DNA of 63,004 nt from a virus (lineage: Duplodnaviria; Caudoviricetes): the IMG/VR virus record IMGVR_UViG_3300010354_000089, positions 1 through 63,004 of that record; one strand, written 5' to 3'. The notes beneath the pieces are model-generated. The model ran no database searches. It had not been told where the DNA came from and saw only the letters and a list, made by a program, of their open reading frames with translations. Shown piece by piece: positions 6,484-16,240 of this stretch. Made by a program: the position numbers and the translations under genes. Positions within the stretch are counted from its first letter, which is position 1. Each line of letters begins with the position of its first letter.

Positions 6484-7957
6484 AGCTTCCTCCAATAATT
6501 TTTGTATTATACTCTTTTTCCCAATTAATTATATCCAGCTTATCATTTAATAAAGGCTGACCTTTTATATTTAAACTAGTATTTAGTAGGACTGGAACCC
6601 CTGTCATTGCATACCAATTCGCCAACACTTCATACAAACCTGGGTGTTGAATTTTATTTACAGTTTGAACTCTTGACGTACCGTCTTTGTGCACTACAGA
6701 TGGTATTTTGTCTGGCTGTAAGCATTCAACAGCATACTGCATGTACGGACTTGTAAAATTCATTTTAAACCATTTGTGTGCATACTCTTCCATAACCACT
6801 GGAGCAAATGGCCTAAAGAGTTCTCTTTTTTTAATAAGATTAACTTTATCTTTAATATTTGGATCTCTAGGGTCTGCCAATATGCTTCTGTTTCCTAATG
6901 CCCTTGGTCCGTATTCTGCTCTTCCAGTTGCAACCGCAGCTATTTTATTTTTTAATAGCTCAGTAATTATTTGTGTTACTGGATACGGTCCGCCAAGATC
7001 GTGACCAAGGTATGGGTTTTCCCACTCTACGTGTTTTCCATATAAAGCTGCAGCAGCTCCTAAAGAACTTCCAGCATCTCCTGGATTTGGCATTATCCAG
7101 ATGTCCTCATATATATCCCATAGTTTTGTATTTGCTGAACAGTTTAAAGCACACCCGCCCATAAAAACTAAATTTTTCTTTTTAGTTATAAGTTTTGCAT
7201 ATCTCATAAATTCTATAAGCCTTAATTGATATACTTTTTGAACTGCTGCTGCGAGATCAAATTTTCTTTGATCAAACCACTCTTTAACATAAGGCGTACC
7301 AATTTGTCCAACCATACAAGGCACCATGCCCCAATCAAAATCATGTATTCCTTTATGAAAATTATATTTTTGTTGATTAAAAACTGGGAAGTATTCATTT
7401 ACTTTATCAAAGTATCTATCTGGATTTCCATAAGCAGCCATCCCCATCATTATGTATTCTTCTTCATTTGGTTTTAAGCCAACAAGTTGCGTAAATGCTG
7501 AGTAAAACAATCCAAAACTTATTGGATATTTTTGACTATATACCTCTTTTATTTTTGATCCTTCTCCGACCCATATTGTAGAGGTATCCCACTCCCCAAT
7601 AGCATCTAGGACTACAATAACAGCGTCATTAAACTTGCTTGTATAGTAGCCAGCAGCGGCATGAGATTTATGATGTTTAAAATATTTTACTGGTACGTCA
7701 AATGGTATGTTTGGCTTCCAATCGCTTGCCCCACCTTTTAGCATTAGCCTAGATTTTTTTAGCAAAGGCTTTTCGTAATAGGCTATATGAGTAGGTGTGC
7801 CATAGTTAAGTACATCTAAATATATTTCTTTATTATTATACCAATCGTTTTTTTGTTTACTATATCTTTCAGCATGACTAGCAAACAAAACTTTTCCATC
7901 TTTAATTAAAGATACAGATGCATCGTGAGATGTTTCATTGATTCCTAAAATTATCAT
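6473..7957 (-). CDS. Carbamoyltransferase (NodU/CmcH family)
   Basis: SHDAS, ERYSK.K, HHKSHAA, GGCALN, GDAGSSLG, EYGPRALGNRS, RPFAP and LLNTSLN. Confidence 0.95.
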   Translation of the reverse strand: MIILGINETSHDASVSLIKDGKVLFASHAERYSKQKNDWYNNKEIYLDVLNYGTPTHIAYYEKPLLKKSRLMLKGGASDWKPNIPFDVPVKYFKHHKSHAAAGYYTSKFNDAVIVVLDAIGEWDTSTIWVGEGSKIKEVYSQKYPISFGLFYSAFTQLVGLKPNEEEYIMMGMAAYGNPDRYFDKVNEYFPVFNQQKYNFHKGIHDFDWGMVPCMVGQIGTPYVKEWFDQRKFDLAAAVQKVYQLRLIEFMRYAKLITKKKNLVFMGGCALNCSANTKLWDIYEDIWIMPNPGDAGSSLGAAAALYGKHVEWENPYLGHDLGGPYPVTQIITELLKNKIAAVATGRAEYGPRALGNRSILADPRDPNIKDKVNLIKKRELFRPFAPVVMEEYAHKWFKMNFTSPYMQYAVECLQPDKIPSVVHKDGTSRVQTVNKIQHPGLYEVLANWYAMTGVPVLLNTSLNIKGQPLLNDKLDIINWEKEYNTKIIGGSYGS

Positions 7958-8058
7958 TAATATACAAACCTATCCCAATCATCTTTTTTCTTTTTTTTAA
8001 ATTTGTTTTTAATTTTAATAATAATGTAATAAATATTTAAAAAAATATTTTTTATCAT
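7957..8058 (-). CDS. 33-aa basic peptide ending FVY (not in ORF track)
   Basis: MIKNIFLNIYYIIIKIKNKFKKKKKDDWDRFVY; ATGA and TAATG coupling to both neighbours. Confidence 0.7.
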   Translation of the reverse strand: MIKNIFLNIYYIIIKIKNKFKKKKKDDWDRFVY

Positions 8059-9053
8059 ATGCCCCAGTTTTCTTTCATATACTCTAAAACAATTTCTGCA
8101 ACATGAGCATTTCTATGTGTTCCCCAATGTGCAAATGCATCTGAGTCTACCCTGGTTCTCTTTCCATACTTAAATCTATCCATAGCTGCATCAAATATTA
8201 TTGGATACTCTTCTTTTAATTCCCTATGGCAATCTTCTCCAATTTTATCAATGTAATTTTCATAATCATATTTCCATTTTCTAAAAGGGATGTCAATAAA
8301 AGTTTTGTACCCTAGGCCTCTATTTTTTAAATCAATTATAGTATCTGGCATTCCGCTCCAAGTTGCCCAAGTAGACCAAGCAAAATTAATACCAACTGCT
8401 TCACAATATTGTTCTAGTATTAATAAACTTTGAGCTTGCCAAAAATGTATTGATTCTAAATTAATAACCTCTCCTGGAACAAATGGGGCCTTTTGTATTT
8501 TATCGTATTCCCCATTGTATGTTGCAACAAGTATTGGAGAAAATAAATCTCTATTTTTTGGATTAGCGTTTTTAATATCCTCTAATAAAAATCTTTCAAG
8601 ATCTGGGACAACCTCAAATCTTTCAAATGGAGGCATCATGCAATAAATGCTTTTAGGATTTCCAAACTGTTTTATATATGAAAAAATAAGCCTTACAATT
8701 CCACTTACTGAATTACCAGGAAATGCAATATTATGAACTGACTGTGTTGTATTATTTTGTATTAAATCAGAAAATCTATATTCTTTTGGTATGCCAACAC
8801 CCCAGGTTTGCGAACAACCTGATATTAAAATATCTGCACACTCTGTGAAGTCTTCATCTCTAAATCCGTAGTTATTGTATGTATACATTACTCCGTGAGA
8901 CTCAATGCTGGCTTTAGGATTCTTAAAATGATCTCCTTCATTTAAAGTTCTATTACCTTGAAATTTTTGATTCTTTAATAAATTTAAATACACAGACTCA
9001 ATCATATATTTATTATTGTTTCTGTCGTAGTCGTCGTAAAAAAATCTACCCAT
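8055..9053 (-). CDS. SGNH/GDSL-like hydrolase-fold protein, paralog 1
   Basis: N.YGFR, GCSQTWG block I, NIAFPG block II, C-terminal HWG. Confidence 0.7.
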   Translation of the reverse strand: MGRFFYDDYDRNNNKYMIESVYLNLLKNQKFQGNRTLNEGDHFKNPKASIESHGVMYTYNNYGFRDEDFTECADILISGCSQTWGVGIPKEYRFSDLIQNNTTQSVHNIAFPGNSVSGIVRLIFSYIKQFGNPKSIYCMMPPFERFEVVPDLERFLLEDIKNANPKNRDLFSPILVATYNGEYDKIQKAPFVPGEVINLESIHFWQAQSLLILEQYCEAVGINFAWSTWATWSGMPDTIIDLKNRGLGYKTFIDIPFRKWKYDYENYIDKIGEDCHRELKEEYPIIFDAAMDRFKYGKRTRVDSDAFAHWGTHRNAHVAEIVLEYMKENWGI

Positions 9054-10062
9054 TAAATACAGCTTTCTCAAATGCTTCTGCTATATGAATATGCTTATGA
9101 ACTCCTATATGAGCATTTCCTTTTAGTGGATTAAAGTCATTTGCTCTTTCCCAAAAAAATTCATTTTCATTATTTTTTTGATCTTCATGACAATAAGATT
9201 TATCCATATAATATTCTTTTCCATCATTAGGATTAAATATATGCCAATTATGAGGCTCTAGATCTACATAGTTTTTATAGTATCTTTTATCTACTACTTT
9301 GAAGAAATGATACGCACTTATATCCCATGTTCCATACTTTAAAGTAATTCCAGCGACTTCGCAATATTGCTCCAGCATTCTAATATACTGCAATGCCTGC
9401 CATATAGTTATCTCTCCAGTCATAACTTCTTCCATAAAGTAAGGAGTTTTAAAATATTTTGGTTTTTGTGAAAGTAATCTTGTTTCTCCTAAATTAGTGT
9501 TTGCAATCATAGGCTGATCTTTTTCAGGATATTCTGTTTCTACAAGAACATTTTTTGTATGCATTAGATTTGCAGTAGTTGGAAACATCATTCTATAAAG
9601 ATCTGGAAACGCTACAAAAACATATTTTGGATTTCCAATTTCTCTAAAATAGCAAAACAAAATCTCAACTATACCAGCAATAGATTTACCATAGTATGCA
9701 ACATTATGTAATGATTTATTAGTTTTTGCTTTTATAATTTGAGGCCAAATAAACTCATCTGGAATTCCAGAGCCCCATGTTTGAGAGCAACCAGCAGTAA
9801 CTATTTCTGCTGGCTCTGAACCAAATTCTTCTCCTCTGTATCCAAGTTCATTAATTGTATAATTTTTCCCAAAAGAGTTAATTGCTTCTGGAAATCTATT
9901 TCTTTGATTCTCATCCCAGAGTGTTGGCTTATGTATTCTGCTTGCAAAGGCACAATTTTTTAAAGTTGGATATAATAAAACAGAAGCATCTTTTTCTGTA
10001 TAGATGTACTGTCCTTCTTGAATTAAAGCATTATGAACTTCATAGTCTACATTTTTAGCCAT
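9046..10062 (-). CDS. SGNH/GDSL-like hydrolase-fold protein, paralog 2
   Basis: NELGYR, GCSQTWG, NVAYYG and HIG..H; collinear with paralog 1. Confidence 0.7.
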   Translation of the reverse strand: MAKNVDYEVHNALIQEGQYIYTEKDASVLLYPTLKNCAFASRIHKPTLWDENQRNRFPEAINSFGKNYTINELGYRGEEFGSEPAEIVTAGCSQTWGSGIPDEFIWPQIIKAKTNKSLHNVAYYGKSIAGIVEILFCYFREIGNPKYVFVAFPDLYRMMFPTTANLMHTKNVLVETEYPEKDQPMIANTNLGETRLLSQKPKYFKTPYFMEEVMTGEITIWQALQYIRMLEQYCEVAGITLKYGTWDISAYHFFKVVDKRYYKNYVDLEPHNWHIFNPNDGKEYYMDKSYCHEDQKNNENEFFWERANDFNPLKGNAHIGVHKHIHIAEAFEKAVFNG

Positions 10063-10145
10063 TAGTATACAAATCCCTTTGGTTTTCTTTTCTTATCTTT
10101 CTTTCTGTAAAAAAAGATATAAACTCTATAAAATATTTTTTTCAT
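10062..10145 (-). CDS. 27-aa basic peptide ending FVY (not in ORF track)
   Basis: MKKIFYRVYIFFYRKKDKKRKPKGFVY; stop overlaps the SGNH2 start (TAATG). Confidence 0.65.
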   Translation of the reverse strand: MKKIFYRVYIFFYRKKDKKRKPKGFVY

Positions 10146-10371
10146 TAGATATAGACTCCTCTACTATTTGCTGCACATATTCAGAAAAATGTTTTCTTAT
10201 ACTTCCTGCTGGCCTTGATCCAGTGCTAGTCCACAACCTTTTATATTCATTTACATTTGCAAATGTTGTTGGACATAGTGATATTCCATTATATTCTTTG
10301 AGTATTGTTGGTAGCGGAACATGCTTACCACAACATTTACATTCCTTTGCTCTTTCTTGATAAACACTCAT
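10126..10371 (-). CDS. Hypothetical protein (Cys-containing)
   Basis: ATGA-coupled to terL; CKCC and LCPT. Confidence 0.7.
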   Translation of the reverse strand: MSVYQERAKECKCCGKHVPLPTILKEYNGISLCPTTFANVNEYKRLWTSTGSRPAGSIRKHFSEYVQQIVEESISNEKNIL

Positions 10372-12167
10372 ATTATTTGCATCCTATCTACCGCTTCTCT
10401 TAACTGTTCTGGCATATGTGGAGCCCTTATTAAATTAATGGCCTCTGGTCCTTTTTCTAAAGGATTGAAGTCGTTGTCATACGACATTGATTCATATGTA
10501 TGAACTTTGATTTCTTGATTTGAATCAAACCTAGTTCTGCTTATAGAGTTAAAAATAGATCCACAAACTGCATCCGCCAAGTCTTTAGATCCTTTTCTTG
10601 GGTGATCAACTTTATCACGCATTATTTTTAACTGCAATAGTTCATCAATTAATAAAGGTATGTGTGGGCCGTTTAACCTTTCTTCTAAAACAACCATTGC
10701 CATATCATCATAATGTTTCTTTGCAACTGATAATATTTCTGTATTAATTCCATAAGCTTTTAGCTGCTGCATCATGTCATGAGAATTCCAGCGATCAAAT
10801 GTACAAACTCTAATTTTAAATCCACGAGTTCTAAGAGATAGAATATAATCTTTTACTTCTGTAAAGTCAACAGATCTATCTGGTGTCGGTGTCCAATATC
10901 TAACAGCATCTACTTCAACAATTGGAGCTGGCTGAGAGTAGGTGTCAGTTACTTTTACGTTTACCCATCTTTGAACGTGTGCCATAGCAACTGCACAATG
11001 GTCATGTTTTTGTGCAAGGTCAACGTGTATAAAATATTCTTTATCTGGGTCTGGGGCAAACCAGTCTTCTAAACGTCCAAACTGATCCACGGCTAAAGTA
11101 GTTTTATTAAAAGCTTTTTCTACCTTTTCACGAGACTTAAAAAATGCATCTATCATTTCTGGTGGCATGCAGGCAAATCTTCCAAGTGCATCTAAAGAAT
11201 TTTTATAGAATGATGTTTTAAAATCATCTATACTTCTTGTTGGATTGACTTCCCATGTTGGTCTTTTTAAAGCGTATACTTTAGGAACCGAATATGATTT
11301 GATGTGGTCTTCTTCCCATTCAATTTCAAACTCATTTCCATCTGTGTTATCTGGAAGGTCTTCGTCCATTTTAAATTTATGAGACCTAATAATAACTTCT
11401 TTTTCTGCAATAGCTGAATCATAGAACTTTTGAATAGGATCGTTTTTAAAGCGTGGGAAAGACAGCAAAATAACCTTACCAAAGTCTGGAAAACGGGAAT
11501 CTACTGAGGCCCTATACATTTCATATATCGCATCTGCTGTCTTTGCCTGATCATGTCCAGTTGTATTTTCTATAGCAAATCCAGATATCTCATCAAGAAT
11601 AACTGCTATAACGTTATAGCCTTCCCAAGCTTCTCTTTCTGAGTGACCAGAATGAACTGTTACTGATTTATCAAATTTAATCTCTGAAGCTTTAGATTCA
11701 TACTTTCCAGCAAACCATGGAGACCTATCTATTCTTTGTTTAAACCCTTTAAAGAAAACATTGTTTGCCTGCTGTGCGTTAATAGCAATGTTCAAAATAT
11801 CTATTGAATCTCCAGGTGGCTTATTGTAATATGTGGCAGGATCTTTTAAACATAATAGTAAATATACTATATATGACACAGCAATGGTAGAACAATAATC
11901 TTTACCAGATCCTTTGCCAAGCTGAGCAATAACTTCAGTTGCTGTTTGCTTATATAGTCTTTGTCCTTCTTCTTCTCCAAATAATTTAATTAGAGTTGAC
12001 TCTTTGTATATTTGAGAACTTTTTTCAATCAAAGTATATTGTAAAGTAGATAGCGGAGGCAGTCCAAGATAGTCTGGATGGGTAACAAATGTTTTTAAAT
12101 CGACTGGTCTTTGATCAAATTCTTCGCCATCGAGTATATCTATAAAGTCATTAAAGTTAAGATCCAC
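10368..12167 (-). CDS. terL: Terminase large subunit
   Basis: Walker A GKGSGKD, Walker B VILDE, nuclease HVDLA and KDLADA; probable GTG start at 12167. Confidence 0.9.
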   Translation of the reverse strand: MDLNFNDFIDILDGEEFDQRPVDLKTFVTHPDYLGLPPLSTLQYTLIEKSSQIYKESTLIKLFGEEEGQRLYKQTATEVIAQLGKGSGKDYCSTIAVSYIVYLLLCLKDPATYYNKPPGDSIDILNIAINAQQANNVFFKGFKQRIDRSPWFAGKYESKASEIKFDKSVTVHSGHSEREAWEGYNVIAVILDEISGFAIENTTGHDQAKTADAIYEMYRASVDSRFPDFGKVILLSFPRFKNDPIQKFYDSAIAEKEVIIRSHKFKMDEDLPDNTDGNEFEIEWEEDHIKSYSVPKVYALKRPTWEVNPTRSIDDFKTSFYKNSLDALGRFACMPPEMIDAFFKSREKVEKAFNKTTLAVDQFGRLEDWFAPDPDKEYFIHVDLAQKHDHCAVAMAHVQRWVNVKVTDTYSQPAPIVEVDAVRYWTPTPDRSVDFTEVKDYILSLRTRGFKIRVCTFDRWNSHDMMQQLKAYGINTEILSVAKKHYDDMAMVVLEERLNGPHIPLLIDELLQLKIMRDKVDHPRKGSKDLADAVCGSIFNSISRTRFDSNQEIKVHTYESMSYDNDFNPLEKGPEAINLIRAPHMPEQLREAVDRMQII

Positions 12168-12699
12168 TGACCTGCTCTGCATCTATTACTACTGGCTCAA
12201 CTATACCAGTTATTTGAGACAATCTTTTTGCTACTTCTAATTTACATTTTGAACAAGTAGAAGTAACTTCTTTTAATATCCCAACAAGAATTTCTTGTTT
12301 TCTTTCCGCCTCTGCTACTTGACCAGCTATTTCATTATTTTCTAAAACGCCTACGGACTGCAGCATACCTATTCTTTTTGTTTCAATATCTGAAATTAAC
12401 TTAAGAGCATTTGCTTTTACATTAAGCTGCCCTGCTTGGTCAGCATCTTCTACAGTTTTCCATGCTTCTTTAATAAGCATTGCATAATGTTGATCCGCTC
12501 CAGAAACGGCTTCCTTAGCCCTTTCTCTCATATTAATATCATTATGGACAACAGACTTCCATTCGTCTATATATCCCAAAACTTCTTTACGAGAGAATCC
12601 AGTAAGGGTAGCAATTTGTGTAGCTGAGTTTCCTTTTAAAAGCTCCTCAACAACCTTATTCATTCTGTCAAAGTGGACAGCAGGCTCTAAATCAGACAT
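12157..12699 (-). CDS. Probable terminase small subunit (N-terminal HTH, coiled coil)
   Basis: HTH-like GNSATQIATLTGFSRKEV; directly upstream of terL; TGGTATACT 6 nt before the ATG. Confidence 0.6.
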   Translation of the reverse strand: MSDLEPAVHFDRMNKVVEELLKGNSATQIATLTGFSRKEVLGYIDEWKSVVHNDINMRERAKEAVSGADQHYAMLIKEAWKTVEDADQAGQLNVKANALKLISDIETKRIGMLQSVGVLENNEIAGQVAEAERKQEILVGILKEVTSTCSKCKLEVAKRLSQITGIVEPVVIDAEQVSGS

Positions 12700-12726
12700 A
12701 TATTAAGTATACCACATTCTAGTTGA

Positions 12727-13050
12727 CTAAGACTGCTTTGCTATTTTTAATAGAATTAAATATCCAATTAGATCATCAATATCGTTATCTCCTGGATATT
12801 CTGTACCCTTCATTAGTCTGTTTAACTTATCATCAATACGAACATGTAGCTGCTCTCTAGGTCCCGCCTTTGAAAATATACGTACAGGGTCAAGGGCTGA
12901 ATTGCCGTAAGCAATATTTTTCTTGACAAGCATATGTGCAATTTCATGGCAGGTCTGTAGAATTTCTTTACCTGCTTCTGTACCTACTGTTAATAGATAT
13001 AAGTCATCGCATTCAAAATGATCTCTATCTGGAAATACTGGTTCAAGCAT
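12727..13050 (-). CDS. DUF1599 / nucleotide-modification-associated domain protein
   Basis: KKNIAYGNS...RIDDKLNRL...DLIGY motif. Confidence 0.75.
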   Translation of the reverse strand: MLEPVFPDRDHFECDDLYLLTVGTEAGKEILQTCHEIAHMLVKKNIAYGNSALDPVRIFSKAGPREQLHVRIDDKLNRLMKGTEYPGDNDIDDLIGYLILLKIAKQS

Positions 13051-13708
13051 TATCCATCTCCTTGTATAATTGTTTTAATCCTTTTAACGTTCCAATATCC
13101 ATATATTGTCCGCCTGGTTTTACTGCCTTTATATTTATTTTATTATTTATCCATTCTTCTAATTGCTTACCTGGATGTTCTAGCTTTGGATCTATGTATT
13201 TTACCATATTGTTTCTGAATAGTATAGCCCCCCACATATCCATATAATTACAATTAATTGATTTATCTTGTGAACCAATTACCTTATCGTTAAATAAAAG
13301 TATTTGTCCCACTTTGCCCTTTAGATCTTCGGTACAGTCCCATGATCCAAGCACAATATCAGCGTCTTTTTCCTTTAACATTTCTTTATATGGGTTATTA
13401 ATAGAATTTAATATAAAGGTGTCTGGCATCCCAACCAATACATTTTCATCATCCCCAGCTACAAACTTAATTGCATCAGACATTGTTGATGGTTCACGAA
13501 TAATAATTTTAATATTCATATCCATATTTTGAATTATAGGAACCCATTCTGATCTTGTGGCGACACGAACTTCATCACAAACCTCTAACATTTTTTCAAC
13601 ATGCCATTGTATTAATGATCTTTCATCTGATATTGGTATGCAAAATTTTGGAATGCCTCCTATTCTGGAGGCTTTTCCTGAAGCTGGGAGTACGCCGACT
13701 ATGCTCAT
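13043..13708 (-). CDS. Sugar-phosphate nucleotidyltransferase-like protein
   Basis: VLPASGKASRIGGIPK, GMPDT and YMDIGT motifs. Confidence 0.8.
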   Translation of the reverse strand: MSIVGVLPASGKASRIGGIPKFCIPISDERSLIQWHVEKMLEVCDEVRVATRSEWVPIIQNMDMNIKIIIREPSTMSDAIKFVAGDDENVLVGMPDTFILNSINNPYKEMLKEKDADIVLGSWDCTEDLKGKVGQILLFNDKVIGSQDKSINCNYMDMWGAILFRNNMVKYIDPKLEHPGKQLEEWINNKINIKAVKPGGQYMDIGTLKGLKQLYKEMDNA

Positions 13709-13851
13709 CTTTTTTTAATAAAACCAAACTTATCTAAATATCTTTGGATGGTCATAGCAGAAACACCACACTCTGTTCCAATTTCTGTGACTGTTTTCTT
13801 TTGGATTACATATCTTCTATATAACCAATCTTTATTTTGATATAGTTTCAT
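13705..13851 (-). CDS. Small HTH DNA-binding protein, 48 aa (not in ORF track)
   Basis: MKLYQNKDWLYRRYVIQKKTVTEIGTECGVSAMTIQRYLDKFGFIKKR; ATGA overlaps on both sides. Confidence 0.75.
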   Translation of the reverse strand: MKLYQNKDWLYRRYVIQKKTVTEIGTECGVSAMTIQRYLDKFGFIKKR

Positions 13852-14414
13852 CTTTCTGTCAGCACCTTATTTGCATAATGTGCAATACCAAAGCTATCTG
13901 CAACATCAAAATCAATTACCTTTAAATTATATTTATTATTAAAATAATCTGCCGTTCTTTGCTTTCTCATATTTCTTAATTTATTTTGATACCATGAATC
14001 AGCATATCCTGGATTTTGAACTCTGATGGCCTGCTTTTCTTCTTTAGTAGGATTTTTATTTCCAATGTAAGCTTGCCAAGATGAAGGGCTGACTGTTAAT
14101 ACTTTTGTTCCAGTTGCCATGAGTTCTGCAATAACAACGCCATAAACATAAGATAATTTAATTACAGCATCAGCTGATTTAACAAAAACTGCACCTTCTA
14201 TAGCAATGTAGTCTGCCTTTAGCTCATTAATCATTGCATGTGTTTTGACTTTAGCATCATATATTTTTTCATATATATCGTTACCAGTTAATTCTATCTT
14301 GCCCCATTTTACAGGAGCATCGTCTTCCATTAAGCAAAATGCAATAGACGAAGTAGATGCATCTATGCCAAGCACCTTGTTTGCTTTTGTTTTAACTAAA
14401 TCAGCTAACGTCAT
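13848..14414 (-). CDS. ruvC: RuvC-like Holliday junction resolvase
   Basis: VLGIDAS, IAIEG and DVADSFGIA acidic residues. Confidence 0.8.
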   Translation of the reverse strand: MTLADLVKTKANKVLGIDASTSSIAFCLMEDDAPVKWGKIELTGNDIYEKIYDAKVKTHAMINELKADYIAIEGAVFVKSADAVIKLSYVYGVVIAELMATGTKVLTVSPSSWQAYIGNKNPTKEEKQAIRVQNPGYADSWYQNKLRNMRKQRTADYFNNKYNLKVIDFDVADSFGIAHYANKVLTER

Positions 14415-14679
14415 TAATCATCCCTAACATTTTATCTCTGTTTTTAAGACTACTATTTTTTTCACATGAAGAACACAAATTAGATTTATTGTATCTACTT
14501 AACTGAACGTTGCACTTTTTGCATGGCCTATATGCACCATTTCTAATTGCTTTCTTTTCATAATATTTTTCCATAATTCTTTTATTTGTAGCTACTCTGC
14601 AGCATTCATCTGAGCAGTACTTTTGATTATGGGTTTTAGGAGTAAAATCTTTTTTACATGACTCATTAGAACATATCAT
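14401..14679 (-). CDS. Cys-rich zinc-finger protein
   Basis: CxxxxC...KYCSDEC, CKKC and CSSC. Confidence 0.7.
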   Translation of the reverse strand: MICSNESCKKDFTPKTHNQKYCSDECCRVATNKRIMEKYYEKKAIRNGAYRPCKKCNVQLSRYNKSNLCSSCEKNSSLKNRDKMLGMINDVS

Positions 14680-15461
14680 AACTGTGGAACCTTATATGAT
14701 TCAATCTGAACTGTCCCTAGCAGGCCAGCATAACATTCCTTTTTGACTGGACAGTAGGTGCAAGGCATTTTAGATTTAGTTGAACCTGCTGGTCGCATAG
14801 GAAGATCTCCATTTTGAAAATTATCCCAAACTTCTTGCATCCATATAAATAAGCCTTCTATAATCTCTTTATTTTTATCGTTCATAGATATTGGAATGAT
14901 TAGAAGCTCTTGTGTATTTTTATTTTCATAAACAAAGAATCCTTCTTTGGCATTTCTTAACTTCATATAGGTAAGCAATTGAAGCATATGATTTGCTGTT
15001 GGCTTCATCTCTGCTTGTCTTCCGTCCCATACTTCTTGCTTAGCCGTCTTTATTTCTCCAATAACCTCTTCATTGTCGTAAGACATAACAAGATCAATAA
15101 ACCCTCTAATTGGAGGATATTCATTTAATATTTCTACTTCAGTATCAACTAGCTCTGGCATAGTTCCAATAAGCTTTTGCAATCTTTCATGAGCCTGTGT
15201 TCCCTGAGCCATGTTTGCTACAGCAACGGAATCATTATCGTCAATAAAGACTGCCCCGCTAAATGCCATATACCAATACCTTGGACAGGTTCCATGGCCA
15301 TACCCTAGTGTGCTTGGGCTAAATGATTTCTTTGTCATTTCGCCGTCTGCTCTTTTAGTTTTTAAATATGCATCATCAATTAATGCAGCAAATTTTTCTG
15401 GGTCGAAAGACTTACCTTCATGCTTTTTAAACTTTAAATTTTTTACTATCTTTCTACCCAT
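14676..15461 (-). CDS. Cas4/RecB-like PD-(D/E)XK exonuclease
   Basis: CPRYW, GFIDL...EIKT, QLLTY and CTYCPVKKEC Fe-S Cys cluster. Confidence 0.85.
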   Translation of the reverse strand: MGRKIVKNLKFKKHEGKSFDPEKFAALIDDAYLKTKRADGEMTKKSFSPSTLGYGHGTCPRYWYMAFSGAVFIDDNDSVAVANMAQGTQAHERLQKLIGTMPELVDTEVEILNEYPPIRGFIDLVMSYDNEEVIGEIKTAKQEVWDGRQAEMKPTANHMLQLLTYMKLRNAKEGFFVYENKNTQELLIIPISMNDKNKEIIEGLFIWMQEVWDNFQNGDLPMRPAGSTKSKMPCTYCPVKKECYAGLLGTVQIESYKVPQL

Positions 15462-15789
15462 TGTAACGAACGACATACTTGAGAGCGTCTACAAGCTTGT
15501 CGATTGCCTCCTTTGCTGAATAATATATGTTCTTCTTATTGTTATTTACTGTACCTGCTTTATCTTTAGCAATTGTAGAATATACAGAAGCCATCATAGA
15601 AAATTTAGTAGACATCGCTTGCAATTCAATAATTAGATGCGGTGCCTTTGCTGCAGGAACATCTGGATTCATTAATAGTTTTACAACAATAGCTAATGCC
15701 TTGTCTAGCTGTTCATCTTTCATGTACTCATGAAGATCATTGAACTCTGTGATAGAGCTAATTAATTCTAAAGTGTTTTTATCTTCCAT
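15454..15789 (-). CDS. Hypothetical helical protein
   Basis: Start re-assigned to MEDKN (TAATG coupling). Confidence 0.7.
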   Translation of the reverse strand: MEDKNTLELISSITEFNDLHEYMKDEQLDKALAIVVKLLMNPDVPAAKAPHLIIELQAMSTKFSMMASVYSTIAKDKAGTVNNNKKNIYYSAKEAIDKLVDALKYVVRYNG

Positions 15790-15944
15790 TAAATAAACCT
15801 CGTAACTATTGCATATCCTATCCATAAACCTACAATACCCATTAGGCCAGCAAATACTGGAGGAGCTGGTATCGGCAACTTAAATGCGCTAAATATTCCG
15901 CCTACAATTGCTCCAACAAATGTAGTCATTAAAATGTCTCTCAT
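15789..15944 (-). CDS. XapX/DUF1427-domain small membrane protein
   Basis: GAIVGGIFSAFKLPIPAPPVFAGLMGIVGLWIGY matches the XapX pattern. Confidence 0.75.
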   Translation of the reverse strand: MRDILMTTFVGAIVGGIFSAFKLPIPAPPVFAGLMGIVGLWIGYAIVTRFI

Positions 15945-16240
15945 TGTTCCCACTTTTCTATTAGTTGTTCCAGTAATGACCATTCAATTACTGCAAGCCT
16001 CGTTTTGCTATTGTCCTTGCCAAGGATGAGTTTGAGTACAGGATACTTATCCCTACTGACTTTAAAAGTATCTGTACAAACCTTAGCCCAAATACTTTGC
16101 GAGATAGAGATCGATTTTTCGTATTCTTTATAATCCACCACGAAAGATTTCCACGTAGCGTCACCCTTCTGATAATTACCACGTCCACTGTTTTTTTGCT
16201 GCTTGGCACCATCACGCTTCGCCTCCGATCTTTCTGACAT
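15941..16240 (-). CDS. Hjc-like PD-(D/E)XK nuclease/resolvase
   Basis: SE..A...NSGRG..KGDA...VDYKE. Confidence 0.6.
   Translation of the reverse strand: MSERSEAKRDGAKQQKNSGRGNYQKGDATWKSFVVDYKEYEKSISISQSIWAKVCTDTFKVSRDKYPVLKLILGKDNSKTRLAVIEWSLLEQLIEKWEQ

Noticed and set aside
14676-15461. Cas4-like gene as evidence of a CRISPR system
   Set aside because: No repeat-spacer array or other cas genes seen; solo Cas4-like nucleases are common in phage recombination modules
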